A stretch of 64,000 bases of DNA from Patescibacteria group bacterium (GTDB taxonomy: Bacteria; Patescibacteriota; Minisyncoccia; Phycocordibacterales; SIBU01), in assembly GCA_040390045.1 (NCBI GenBank), contig JAZJZC010000001.1, positions 36,345 to 100,344 on the forward strand, written 5' to 3'. This document shows positions 36,990 to 46,820 of the stretch, piece by piece. The position numbers and the translations under genes were made by a program. The notes under the pieces are model-generated. The model saw only the letters and a program-made list of their open reading frames with translations. It did no database searches and was not told the origin of the DNA. Position 1 is the first letter of the stretch; each line of letters starts with the position of its first letter.

Positions 36990-38240
36990 TTACAGCTTCA
37001 AGCTTCTCTCCCCCATTGCTTCCGTAATCCTTCCAATGCCGATCGCAAACGCCGCATCACGAAGCGAAATTTTCTTAGCACAAGCCATCTGCCAAACCGC
37101 CTTAAAACTATTGACCATAATTGGCTCGAGTCGCGCCCGCACTTCTTCTGCCGTCCAATAATAATTTTGAACATTTTGCACCCATTCAAAGTAACTCACC
37201 GTCACGCCGCCAGCGTTTGCCAACACATCTGGAATTAAAAATACCTTTTTTCGACTCAAAATTTCGTCAGCCTCTGGAGTAGTTGGGCCATTCGCTAGTT
37301 CTACAATAATTTTTGCCTTAATCTCTCCTGCGTTTCCAACATGGATCACCCCGTCAAGCGCCGCCGGAATAAGCACATCACAATCCGAGACAAGCAATTC
37401 TTCATTTGAAATATTTTTTGCTCCCTTAATTGCAACATCTTTAAACGAACCTTTATCGTGCTTTACTCTCTCAAGTTGTTCAACATCAAATCCCACAGAA
37501 TTATATATTCCGCCGTGACTATCAGAAATCCCAACAATGACATACCCAGCTTTTTGTAAAATTTTCGCCATCGTTCCACCCGCATTACCAAAACCTTGAA
37601 CGATCACCCGCAAACCTCTCTCCTTCATGCCAAGGGCTTTCACCAACTCGCGTAACACAAATGCTCCGCCGTCTGCCGTTGCGGTATCCCTTCCCAAACT
37701 TCCACCGAGCGAAAGTGGTTTGCCTGTGATTAATCCCGGTTCACTTTTACCGGTATTTTTTTCAAACTCATCTAAAATAAATGCCATAATCTGACCGTTG
37801 GTATAGACGTCTGGCGCAGGAATATCCTTGTTAGCGCCAATGTATGGAGTCATCACTTTTGCCCAAGCTCGAGAAATTTTTTCGATTTCATTTGGGCTCA
37901 ATTTTTTAGGGTCACAGACCACACCTCCCTTCCCGCCTCCGAGCGGAATCCCAACCACTGCGCATTTGACCGCCATAGCCGCCGCCAAAGCTTTCACTTC
38001 ATCGAGGTCAGCATCAGGATGAAATCGAATTCCCCCTTTGTACGGCCCGCGAGCATTATTAAACTGCACACGATAGGCTTGAAAGGTTTGTTTCTTGCCA
38101 CTGTCCATCGTTATTGAAATCTTTTTATCCAGAATTCGATTTGGGGTGGTTAATTTTTTAATAAATTCTTTCGGCAACCCGAGCAACTTTACCGATTTCT
38201 CCACATTGACCGAATAATTCTTAAACGGAGTTTTTTTCAT
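36990..38240 (-). CDS. gdhA: Glutamate dehydrogenase (Glu/Leu/Phe/Val dehydrogenase family)
   Basis: GGGKGG catalytic glycine-rich motif (PLGGGKGGVVCDP), NAD(P)-binding GFGNAGG. Confidence 0.9.
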   Translation of the reverse strand: MKKTPFKNYSVNVEKSVKLLGLPKEFIKKLTTPNRILDKKISITMDSGKKQTFQAYRVQFNNARGPYKGGIRFHPDADLDEVKALAAAMAVKCAVVGIPLGGGKGGVVCDPKKLSPNEIEKISRAWAKVMTPYIGANKDIPAPDVYTNGQIMAFILDEFEKNTGKSEPGLITGKPLSLGGSLGRDTATADGGAFVLRELVKALGMKERGLRVIVQGFGNAGGTMAKILQKAGYVIVGISDSHGGIYNSVGFDVEQLERVKHDKGSFKDVAIKGAKNISNEELLVSDCDVLIPAALDGVIHVGNAGEIKAKIIVELANGPTTPEADEILSRKKVFLIPDVLANAGGVTVSYFEWVQNVQNYYWTAEEVRARLEPIMVNSFKAVWQMACAKKISLRDAAFAIGIGRITEAMGERSLKL

Positions 38241-38340
38241 GGTTTTTAGTTTGTAGTTCTTAGTTTTTAATTTTTAGTTTTAAACTTTAAATTTTCCTGC
38301 CACACAGTATAGAACAAATCTTCTTTGCAATCTATTACAA

Positions 38341-38372
38341 ATAAAAAACCGCCCTGGATAAATCCAAGACGG
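38341..38372 (-). terminator. Intrinsic terminator (minus) downstream of the DAHP synthase gene
   Basis: ccgtcttgg-atttat-ccagggcgg (two G-U pairs) followed by tttttt. Confidence 0.55.
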
Positions 38373-38385
38373 CTATGCAAAAAGA

Positions 38386-39465
38386 TCAACGATTACCTAA
38401 TGCGTCGAAAAGCTCCTTAATCAAATCGTGAGACCTTCCCAGACCGTCACAACTATCGGTGATGGAAACCCCGCTCTCAATAGTTGGCTTCTGTCCCGAA
38501 CGAATGACAATTTTCTGGCTACCGTCGAGCAGATTACTCTCGTATAGCCCGCCAAAAATTGGCACACCCGAAGCTACTTGATTTGCTACTGACCGGCAAA
38601 CTTCAATCTGCGCCTTGTGATCTTTACCTGAATTGGCGTGACTAAAATCAACCACCAAACGAGGGGACAAACCTTGCGCAGTTAGGGCGTGCTGAGCTTC
38701 AGCCACCTGCTCCGGACAGTAGTTCGGACCATGATGTGTGCCTCGAAGGATCAGGAATCCGTCGGGATTACCTGTGGTTTCAAACTTGGCCATAATGCCG
38801 GAATCAGACACGGCAGGCAATGAGTGCGAGGTCTTTGCAAACGCCAAGGAATCAAGCGCCGGCTGCAACGGTCCGCTAATGGGGTTTTTGAATCCCACGG
38901 GGCACGAAAGCGCACTGGCCACCTGTCGCAATTGCTGATTGGTCACCTCTCGGGCGCCAATCCAGTACAGCGAGTAGAGATCATCAAACCTCTGCTGACC
39001 CGGGATATCGTTGTATTCCGTGGCGATCGGAATTCCCAACTCAGACAAGTCCAGTGCAAGCCGACGCCCCTCTCGCCAACCTTTCTCAATATCATAACTA
39101 CCGTCAAGATCAGGATCGGACCAAAACCCAGTCCAATCTGGCTTGGTGCGCGGCTTACTGAAACAGAGCCGCATCATGAAGAAAATCCTCGAACCAAATT
39201 TCTTCTGCAGCACGGAGAGCCATCGGCCATACTCCAGGCAATCCTCAGTGGAGTGTACAGAACACGGCCCGAGAACAAGCATGAAGCGCGGATCAACTCC
39301 ACGCAGGATTCTTTGCCCGATTTTCCTGGCGGTGCCGATTGTTTTCCAAGCCTTTTCAGTCATCGGCAAGTCAGCTTTGAGCTGCGCCGGCGAAGGTAGG
39401 GGGTGCTCACTGCGGATACGGATGTTGGTCATTCGAGCAACACGGTGACGTAATTGAGTACTCAT
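38386..39465 (-). CDS. 3-deoxy-7-phosphoheptulonate (DAHP) synthase, class I alpha (AroG/F/H type), GC-rich relative to the background
   Basis: Aligns along its whole length with E. coli AroG (LVLGPCSVHS, KPRT, SCPVGFKN, IDFSHANS). GC ~53-55% against ~38% in the flanks. Confidence 0.85.
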   Translation of the reverse strand: MSTQLRHRVARMTNIRIRSEHPLPSPAQLKADLPMTEKAWKTIGTARKIGQRILRGVDPRFMLVLGPCSVHSTEDCLEYGRWLSVLQKKFGSRIFFMMRLCFSKPRTKPDWTGFWSDPDLDGSYDIEKGWREGRRLALDLSELGIPIATEYNDIPGQQRFDDLYSLYWIGAREVTNQQLRQVASALSCPVGFKNPISGPLQPALDSLAFAKTSHSLPAVSDSGIMAKFETTGNPDGFLILRGTHHGPNYCPEQVAEAQHALTAQGLSPRLVVDFSHANSGKDHKAQIEVCRSVANQVASGVPIFGGLYESNLLDGSQKIVIRSGQKPTIESGVSITDSCDGLGRSHDLIKELFDALGNR

Positions 39466-39755
39466 AATTTGTTAGTTATTCAGTTGTCAAAAATCTGCTT
39501 TTGTTTTCGGAAACTTCAGATTTGAGCGAATTGCGCCAAACATGAAGTTACCTAAAACAAAACGAGTCTGGGTTACATTCCAGAGCTCGTTTCTAATATC
39601 GTTGGAGAGAAGCTTTAACGATAGCAGGAATCAGCTCTGGACGCAGTGCCCCAGAAGCCAAAGAAAAAGAAGTTGCTATAGTTATTGCCCGATTTCATAT
39701 TCGCCATATTACACAACGGTTTACAAAATGTCAACAAAGGTTCTGACTCCCCTCC

Positions 39756-39862
39756 GATACGAAATGCGGGCCAACGAAAATACGAAATTATACGAAAACC
39801 GTAGCGACGGTAAAAAGTTTTCGTATTTTTTCGTATTTTCGTACCCTTTCGTATGTTCGTAT
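39756..39862. repeat. ATACGAA/TTCGTAT repeat element (copy B), an ~90-bp imperfect palindrome centred on ccgtagcgacgg, in the DAHP synthase promoter region
   Basis: gatacgaaatgcgg...cgaaaatacgaaattatacgaaaacc | ttttcgtattttttcgtattttcgtaccctttcgtatgttcgtattt. Confidence 0.7.
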
Positions 39863-40684
39863 TTACCTCTCCTTGTAATAGACCTTATTCCCAAACCTCA
39901 AATCAACATATTCAACGTTTTTAAAAACTTTGCCATCGCTAAATTCACTACTTACCAAAAGTGTTTGAAAGTTTTTCAAAACTAAAGAAAAATCAGCGTC
40001 GCGGGCAAAAATAATTTTCTGACCTCCGGAAAAATCAGCCTCAAAATCTAAATCAGGGCGTTCTCGAAAAGCTGTCACCTTAAACCCTGCGCTTGAAAGT
40101 TGTTCAGCAAAATCTAACAGTTTTTTAAAATAATCAGGCGAAACATATTGCAATTTCATCGGTTCCGCTTTTTCTTCGGCAGAATAGAATGTAATAAATT
40201 CGAGTGACGTATCTTCCATTTGGTAAAACGGACTAAAAATTAAACCGGTGTCATCCAAAAAGTAACACTGTTCCGGTTTTCCCTGACACCACAAAGCTTT
40301 GGGGCTTCGCTCGATGACACTGACCGTAATGGCGTGAGAATTTTTATAGCTAACCCCAACATGAGCGACCTGAGAATACGAATCAAGAATAGTTGATTCT
40401 ATTTTTTTGGCCGGATAGAAAAAAATATTTGATTTCGGAATCGTGAAAAAATATCGTCCCTGTAAAAATCCTTCCGTCGTTGACGCAATGTCTGCAGTTG
40501 CGAGGGACGTGGCTCCGACCACTTCAACATCAGAAATGGTAATAAAATTAAGACCTGATAGATAATAGACTGAGCCCCACAAGCCACCGAAAAAAAAGAC
40601 CGCGAGAATTATTCTACCGATAATCACCTTGCGGCGTTTCGCTTTTAGACGCGCGGATTTTAGATTGTATGTTCTGCCATTCAT
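39863..40684 (-). CDS. Cell-division protein FtsQ/DivIB-like (N-terminal TM plus POTRA)
   Basis: Basic N-terminus, one TM, then ISDVEVVGATSLATADI...GRYFFTIPKSNIFFYPAKKIES resembling a POTRA domain. Confidence 0.5.
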   Translation of the reverse strand: MNGRTYNLKSARLKAKRRKVIIGRIILAVFFFGGLWGSVYYLSGLNFITISDVEVVGATSLATADIASTTEGFLQGRYFFTIPKSNIFFYPAKKIESTILDSYSQVAHVGVSYKNSHAITVSVIERSPKALWCQGKPEQCYFLDDTGLIFSPFYQMEDTSLEFITFYSAEEKAEPMKLQYVSPDYFKKLLDFAEQLSSAGFKVTAFRERPDLDFEADFSGGQKIIFARDADFSLVLKNFQTLLVSSEFSDGKVFKNVEYVDLRFGNKVYYKER

Positions 40685-40706
40685 ACGGCGTCTACGCCTT
40701 AAAACT

Positions 40707-41975
40707 TTAGTTTTTAGAAATCACCACCTTGCCAAAATATTTTTGAAGAGCTTCTGGGATTTTTATAGAACCGTCAGCTTGCTGATTATTTTCAATAAGT
40801 GAAACTAGAATTCGAGGTGACGGAACCGCTGTTGAATTGAGAGAATGTGCATAGCGCAACTTCCCCTCTGCATCCTTATAGCGAATATTAAAACGTCGAC
40901 ATTGAAAATCGTGGAAATATGAAGCAGAAGAAATTTCCCTGTATTTATTTTCTTGCGGTACCCACAATTCGATATCGTACTTTTTCACTTGGCCAAGACC
41001 TAAATCCCCGCCACAATTGACCACTGTATGATACGGAATACCTAAAGATTCCATAAATTCTTCCGTGTTTCGATTGATTTCCTCATGAAGCTTGACCGAT
41101 GTTTCGTGATTGGCTTCGCAGAGCACTACTTGCTCTAGTTTGTAAAATTCATGAACGCGAATCAAGCCCTTTACATCTTTACTGTAACTGCCCACCTCAC
41201 GCCGAAAACAAGGAGAAAAACCAAGATATTTTATCGGAAACTGTGATGACGAGAGCACTTCTTCAGAGTGGTAACCCATTATTGGAACTTCAGAAGTTCC
41301 AGCTAAATACTCCCCGTCTTGAGTTTTGTACAAGTCCTCCTCACCTTGAGGAATAAACCCAGTACCTAAAAACATTTCTCTGCGGTCAATAACAGGTGGC
41401 ATCACAGGCATAAAACCTTTCTTTGAAAAAAAATCCAACCCGTAACTCCAAATGGCAAAACACAAACGAACACTTTCACCTGTCAGAAAGTAGCCACGAA
41501 AGCCATGGACTTTTGCGCCACGTTCAAAATCAACCATCCCAAGTGCCGTCATGAGTTCAAGATGATCTTTTGGTTGAAAATCAAACTTTGGCTTCTCGCC
41601 CCAAACTTTTATTTCTTTATTATCTGCATCACTGTCCCCATCTGGTACAGACATGTCGGGAACATTTGGCACTGTGAGCATAAGTGCGTGCCACTCTTTC
41701 ATGATTGGTTTCAATTTTTCTTCTTCATTCTCAATCAGCCCCTTCAAAAGTTTCATCTGGGTAATGAATGCGTTGCGTTCGTCAGAAGTTGCAGCCTTGG
41801 AAATCCGGTCGTTGAAAGAATTTTGCTCAGCTCGCTTCTTTTCAATTGAACCCATGAGTTCGCGGCGATTATCATCAAGTGCAACAAGCGCATCGATATC
41901 AACGCTGACATGTTTTTTCTTGGCGCCAAGGGCGACAATTTCTTTATTTTCTCGAATGAATTTTATATCAAGCAT
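40707..41975 (-). CDS. serS: Seryl-tRNA synthetase
   Basis: N-terminal coiled-coil arm. Class II motifs (FRRE, GxGxGxxR-like GGDLGLGQ), MLDIKFIRENKE start. Confidence 0.9.
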   Translation of the reverse strand: MLDIKFIRENKEIVALGAKKKHVSVDIDALVALDDNRRELMGSIEKKRAEQNSFNDRISKAATSDERNAFITQMKLLKGLIENEEEKLKPIMKEWHALMLTVPNVPDMSVPDGDSDADNKEIKVWGEKPKFDFQPKDHLELMTALGMVDFERGAKVHGFRGYFLTGESVRLCFAIWSYGLDFFSKKGFMPVMPPVIDRREMFLGTGFIPQGEEDLYKTQDGEYLAGTSEVPIMGYHSEEVLSSSQFPIKYLGFSPCFRREVGSYSKDVKGLIRVHEFYKLEQVVLCEANHETSVKLHEEINRNTEEFMESLGIPYHTVVNCGGDLGLGQVKKYDIELWVPQENKYREISSASYFHDFQCRRFNIRYKDAEGKLRYAHSLNSTAVPSPRILVSLIENNQQADGSIKIPEALQKYFGKVVISKN

Positions 41976-42060
41976 ATTGCGGAAGCTTAAAGCTTTAAGC
42001 TAATAGCTGTTAGCTTCCAAAAAAGATTATACCACAGCAAGAAAAGAAAAAAGCAGTGGG

Positions 42061-42387
42061 TTAGACTGCTTCGGAACTTGCGTGAACGGACTGCTCATCA
42101 TGAACGATGATGACGCACTCATGATGAACCGTTGAAATAGGAAATTTCTCACCAAAAGCCCTACTTCCACGGAGCATCAACGAATTGGAAACCGTACTTA
42201 TATCTCCACCATTTTGGCGCAAGGCCTCTAAAAGTTTGCGCCGAAAAACTCTCTCCGCGGCTGCCAACATCCCCACTTCTACCATCACCCGAAGGTATTT
42301 TTCAAGCTCATCAAGTTGCTCAGTAGTAGTAGCCGGGCGTTGGACAAAGGTGAGTAAGCCGCATTGTTGGCGATTCATATGTATCAA
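42061..42387 (-). CDS. Hypothetical protein (108 aa), moderately GC-rich
   Basis: ORF only, GC ~48%. Confidence 0.35.
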   Translation of the reverse strand: MIHMNRQQCGLLTFVQRPATTTEQLDELEKYLRVMVEVGMLAAAERVFRRKLLEALRQNGGDISTVSNSLMLRGSRAFGEKFPISTVHHECVIIVHDEQSVHASSEAV

Positions 42388-42431
42388 AGAAAAGGTGAAC
42401 TTACTAACAACATACTATAGAATATAGAGAC

Positions 42432-43313
42432 ATGATGCAAAGTGGAGAAACACACACAATTCGTGAGCTCAGCAAAAAGGATTTTCCCAAGCGTCTTTTA
42501 GAAATTCCTGATTGCCCAAAAAAATTATATATCCGCGGCCAATTCCCGCCCGAGGAAAGTAAATTTCTCTGCGTTGTTGGTTCCAGAAAATATTCCGAGT
42601 ATGGAAGACAGGCTGTGGAAAAGTTAATTGCTGGTTTGCGCGGTTATCCTGTCGTTATCATTTCTGGTTTAGCGCTTGGCATCGATTCCCTCGCCCACCA
42701 CGCGGCACTCGACGCGGGCCTCACCACACTCGCCGTGCCTGGATCAGGCCTCGATCCAAAAGTTTTGTATCCGAAAAGTCACGAACAACTCGCCGAAAAA
42801 ATTGTAGCAAAAGGCGGCGCGTTGATTTCAGAATTCGAGCCGATGTTTAAAGCGACGACCTACAGCTTCCCGCAACGAAATAGAATTATGGCGGGACTTT
42901 CGGACGCGGTGCTCGTCGTTGAGGCTGAACTAAAATCCGGTACTCTCATCACTTCAAAATACGCGACTGAATACAATCGAGACGTCTTCACCATCCCCGG
43001 CTCAATTTTTTCTAGCACTTCTTCTGGACCGCACATGCTCATTCGCCTCGGCGCAACGCCAATCACCTCTTCATCCGAACTTCTCGACTCTCTTGGTTTT
43101 TCTTCCGCTATACCCTCTACCCTAAACCCTAGAACCTACTCCGATTGCTCCCCCGAAGAACTCCACATTATTAATCTATTGAACACGCCGACCCCGCGCG
43201 ACGAACTCATCCGCACCCTCGGCATGTCTACCCGAGAAGCTAATGCACTACTGTCTATTATGGAGATAAAAGGATTGATTGTGGAAAGTTTAGGAGAAAT
43301 TCGGTTGAGTTGA
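42432..43313 (+). CDS. dprA: DNA processing protein DprA (Smf)
   Basis: Rossmann-like DprA core (VVGSRKYSEYG, IISGLALGIDSLAH, FPQRNRIMAGLSDAVLVVEA). C-terminal winged-helix domain. Confidence 0.9.
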   Translation: MMQSGETHTIRELSKKDFPKRLLEIPDCPKKLYIRGQFPPEESKFLCVVGSRKYSEYGRQAVEKLIAGLRGYPVVIISGLALGIDSLAHHAALDAGLTTLAVPGSGLDPKVLYPKSHEQLAEKIVAKGGALISEFEPMFKATTYSFPQRNRIMAGLSDAVLVVEAELKSGTLITSKYATEYNRDVFTIPGSIFSSTSSGPHMLIRLGATPITSSSELLDSLGFSSAIPSTLNPRTYSDCSPEELHIINLLNTPTPRDELIRTLGMSTREANALLSIMEIKGLIVESLGEIRLS

Positions 43314-43505
43314 ATGAGCTGGAAAAGTGTCAGTTGCTCACACCTCCGGTTCCTCCTTTCCTAAAGGAGGTGGCCGAGTCTTCGAGGTCGGAAGATTTTA
43401 AATCCCTCGTCGCATAAGAATGCGCCACTCCCTTTAAAAAAGGGAGAATTTGCTTTCCTGAAATTTGCCTATTTTTTATTTTCCATGTAATACTTACGAA
43501 CACAT

Positions 43506-45710
43506 ATGAAATTACTTATCGTCGAATCACCAGCAAAAGCGAAAACCATTTCAAAATATTTGGATGGGAAATATACCGTCAAAGCATCCGTCGGACATGT
43601 TCGCGACTTGCCAAAAAGTAATAAAAAAGCCATCGACATCGAAGGTGGTTTTATTCCGCATTACGAAATCTCCAAAGGTAAAGAAAAAGTAGTTGCTGAA
43701 CTCGAGGCCCTCGCCAAAAAAGCTGATGAAATTTTGCTCGCAACCGACCCCGATCGAGAAGGTGAAGCTATTGCATGGCACATAGCCGAGCTCATAAAAG
43801 GCGAGCTCGGAAATTCGAAATCAAAAGCACGAAATACGAAACCCGAAATAAAACGCGTAACGTATCATGAAATTACTAAAGAGGCCATTGAGGAAGCACT
43901 GAAACACCCCCGAGAAATTGACCAAAATCTCCGGCGCGCCCAGGAGGCGCGCCGGGTGCTCGACCGCCTTGTCGGATACGACCTCTCCGGCATCATTTGG
44001 AAAAAAGTTCGGTACGGACTTTCTGCTGGCCGCGTGCAATCCCCCGCTCTGCGAATTCTCGTCGAACGCGAACGTGAAATCCGCGCTTTCATTCCAGAAA
44101 AATTCTGGGTAATTTCCGCTGATGTTGAAAGTAAAAGTGGCGGGAAATTCCTTTTGCTTTGCGTCGAAGAACCGCGTGATTTCAAACTGGTAGAAAAAAT
44201 TTTGGAAATCGGCAAACGTGACGATTGGATTGTGCAAGATATTTCTGAAACTGAAGCCAAGCGAAGTCCGAAAGCTCCATTCATTACTTCAACACTCCAA
44301 CAAGCAGCAAGTTCACGCCTCGGCTTTGCTCCTTCACGAACCATGGGCATCGCCCAAAAACTCTACGAAGCCGGACTCATCACCTACATGCGTACCGACA
44401 GTACCAATCTCAGTGTTACCGCTCTAACTCAAATGACTGGTGTAATTGAAAAAAAGTTTGGGCAAGGTTTCTCTGAATCGCGCACCTACACCAAGAAAAG
44501 TAAAAACGCTCAGGAAGCGCACGAAGCTATTCGACCCACGGATCTTTCAAAAGATTCTGAAGGAGCAACGGACGAAGCCAAGAAACTCTACCAGCTCATC
44601 TGGCAAAGAACAGTCGCCAGCCAAATGGTAGATGCCAAAATTTTGCGCAGTAAAATTACGGTGCAAATTGGTACGGGTGAAATCCCTAACTTTGCCATCA
44701 ACGGCACCCGTGTCATTTTCCCCGGCTGGCTCTTGGCTGATCCCGACGCGCGAGGTGATGATGTTGAACTTCCAAAAGTAACGCTCAACGAAAAATTGAA
44801 CCTGCTTGATTTGCGCACCGAGGAAAAAGCCACCGAACCACCCCCACGCTACAGTGAGGCTGGACTTATTAAGGAACTGGAAAAACGCGGCATCGGTCGT
44901 CCGTCAACCTATGCTTCGATTTTAAAAACCATCGAGGATCGCGGCTACGTTACCAAAGAAACCAAAGCACTCAAGCCGACAGATACCGGCGAAGTAGTCA
45001 GCGGTTTTCTTGAAGAAAATTTCGCCAATTACATTAGCGACACCTTCACCGCGGAAATGGAAGACAAGCTCGACGATATTGCAAACGGCGATCGAGAATA
45101 TTTAAAAACCTTAAGCGAATTTTACAAACCATTCCTCAAAGAAGTAAAATCCAAAGAAAAATTAGAAAAAGCCACCAACCTCGGCGACGGTCCGAAAGAA
45201 TTCCCCTGCCCTCTCTGTAAAAGTCCAATGATTATCAAACTCGGAAAGACCGGCAGATTTTTAAGTTGTTCCAAATTTCCAGATTGTCTTGGCGCACGCA
45301 CAATCGCGGGCATTGAGCTCGAAGGACCTAAAGAAACTGGAGAGATGTGTCCGGAATGTAAGACTGGTAAACTCATCGAGCGCGACGGAAAATTCGGCCG
45401 CTTCATCGCCTGCAACAATTATCCTAAATGTAAATTTATTAAAAAAGATGCGGAGCTCGAAAAGAAAAATTCAACCGGTGTGGTCTGCCCTGTCTGTAAA
45501 GACGGCATGATGACTGAACGTCGCGGACGCTTTGGAATTTTTTACAGTTGTTCCAATTATCCAAAATGTAAAAACGCCATTAAAGCCAAACCAACGGGGA
45601 ACCTCTGTCCGATGTGTGGAGCGCTTATGATGCTGGGCACGAAGACTATACCCGAACGTTGTAGTAATAAACTCTGTCCCAATCATAGACCGGATAAACT
45701 TGTAAAGTAG
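43506..45710 (+). CDS. topA: DNA topoisomerase I with C-terminal zinc-ribbon repeats
   Basis: TOPRIM (LLIVESPAKAKTI, ATDPDREGE), catalytic GLITYMRTDS tyrosine region, four C4 zinc ribbons (CPLCKSP...C..C etc.). Confidence 0.95.
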   Translation: MKLLIVESPAKAKTISKYLDGKYTVKASVGHVRDLPKSNKKAIDIEGGFIPHYEISKGKEKVVAELEALAKKADEILLATDPDREGEAIAWHIAELIKGELGNSKSKARNTKPEIKRVTYHEITKEAIEEALKHPREIDQNLRRAQEARRVLDRLVGYDLSGIIWKKVRYGLSAGRVQSPALRILVEREREIRAFIPEKFWVISADVESKSGGKFLLLCVEEPRDFKLVEKILEIGKRDDWIVQDISETEAKRSPKAPFITSTLQQAASSRLGFAPSRTMGIAQKLYEAGLITYMRTDSTNLSVTALTQMTGVIEKKFGQGFSESRTYTKKSKNAQEAHEAIRPTDLSKDSEGATDEAKKLYQLIWQRTVASQMVDAKILRSKITVQIGTGEIPNFAINGTRVIFPGWLLADPDARGDDVELPKVTLNEKLNLLDLRTEEKATEPPPRYSEAGLIKELEKRGIGRPSTYASILKTIEDRGYVTKETKALKPTDTGEVVSGFLEENFANYISDTFTAEMEDKLDDIANGDREYLKTLSEFYKPFLKEVKSKEKLEKATNLGDGPKEFPCPLCKSPMIIKLGKTGRFLSCSKFPDCLGARTIAGIELEGPKETGEMCPECKTGKLIERDGKFGRFIACNNYPKCKFIKKDAELEKKNSTGVVCPVCKDGMMTERRGRFGIFYSCSNYPKCKNAIKAKPTGNLCPMCGALMMLGTKTIPERCSNKLCPNHRPDKLVK

Positions 45711-45828
45711 ATTCAGGATTTAAGATTTAAGATTCAAGAATAAGAAACTAATGCCACCCTATCTGTAATCCTAGCAACAGCAGGAATAACAGTCGGTTAT
45801 AAATTTTCGTGCAACTTAAAAATCGAGG

Positions 45829-45857
45829 CAAAGAAAAAACTCGCACCGTAATGCGAG
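45829..45857 (-). terminator. Intrinsic terminator (minus) for the 45868-46209 gene
   Basis: ctcgca-ccgtaa-tgcgag. On the minus strand it is followed by ttttttctt. Confidence 0.65.
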
Positions 45858-45867
45858 CTTTGAAACA

Positions 45868-46209
45868 TTAATCGAGCCTCGGAACCCAGACACGCTCTCG
45901 CACCACCTCCCGTTCAGTCCAAACGATTTCTCCAAAGGCCCTCTCGAGATTAAGCGCGCTCTCCGGTACTATAAAATCGCAAGTGCTCTTCGCGCGCCCA
46001 TTTTCAACAATGGCACTAAACAGCAACCCTTCGGTGGAAAGAATTTTTCCTGATTCAAATCTGGTCGTTACTGTCACACGGCCATTTCGCGTACTTATTT
46101 CAGCAGCGTTGGCACTGTCCATCCACATCCTGCTCGCAGTTTCGAGCAATGAACGGCGAGTAGAATCATCGAGTGCATCGCCCGCGACCCTGAATACACA
46201 TTCTGACAT
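45868..46209 (-). CDS. Hypothetical protein (113 aa), GC-rich (~50%)
   Basis: ORF with a terminator. Compositional outlier. Confidence 0.4.
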   Translation of the reverse strand: MSECVFRVAGDALDDSTRRSLLETASRMWMDSANAAEISTRNGRVTVTTRFESGKILSTEGLLFSAIVENGRAKSTCDFIVPESALNLERAFGEIVWTEREVVRERVWVPRLD

Positions 46210-46335
46210 AGAATTTAAAGTTTGGTTTAACGATCAACGAAACTCAAAACAAAGTACCATGTAAAAAGTCGTTGAGCAAGGAACAACGTAACAAAAGAAA
46301 AAGCGCCCCGAAAAATCGGAACGCTTGCTTAAAAT

Positions 46336-46737
46336 CTACTCTCCCGGCCCAGTCCACGAGCAACACGAATGTCCTCCGCGTGGCTCCTCGTTGAGCTCGG
46401 CCCGTCTCCACCGTATGGCCTTCATGTTGGGCAAGTTCTGCTCCAACTCAAAGGTCGCGGGGTCACTTGGCCAACACGGAACGCCTGTATCGACACCCTC
46501 AACCACCCATTTTTTTCCGGAGCGAGTTGCCCAATCCTTGACCTGGGTTTTCAGAGCGTGAACCAATTCGAAAAGATTTTGGTTCGTGAACGTCGCCACA
46601 AACAACACAGAGTCTGGCGATGCATTAATTTTTTCAGGCAGAGGCCCCTCCCAAAGAAATGCTCTTAAGGATTGATCGGGACCTAGGCGGTGCACACTGA
46701 CGCTAATAATGTACCTCATAAGTAGTAGGTTTCTCAA
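46336..46737 (-). CDS. Hypothetical protein (133 aa), GC-rich
   Basis: ORF only. Compositional outlier adjacent to the previous one. Confidence 0.4.
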   Translation of the reverse strand: MRNLLLMRYIISVSVHRLGPDQSLRAFLWEGPLPEKINASPDSVLFVATFTNQNLFELVHALKTQVKDWATRSGKKWVVEGVDTGVPCWPSDPATFELEQNLPNMKAIRWRRAELNEEPRGGHSCCSWTGPGE

Positions 46738-46786
46738 AGTTCAAAATTGTTGTTTCCCTCCTCCCACCACTCGGTGTTTGGTAAAA

Positions 46787-46820
46787 CAAAAAGTAGCCCT
46801 CACGAGCTACTTTTTGTTAT
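46787..46820. other. Palindromic terminator-like hairpin in a gene-free 340-bp region
   Basis: caaaaagtagc-cctcacga-gctactttttg. No obvious upstream gene on either strand. Confidence 0.4.

Noticed and set aside
39542-39985. 147-aa plus-strand ORF
   Set aside because: It spans the TTCGTAT repeat palindrome and runs antisense into the FtsQ-like gene. The composition is low-complexity. Judged spurious.
43340-43440. tRNA-Ser-like start (GGAGGTGGCCGAG...) and SRP-like GGUCGGAAG downstream of dprA
   Set aside because: No valid cloverleaf could be built: no 7-nt anticodon loop and no matching acceptor 3' strand. The SRP domain-IV AGCAG/GGCAG partner is also missing. More likely terminator hairpins (cctcctttcctaaaggagg; ctccctttaaaaaagggag).
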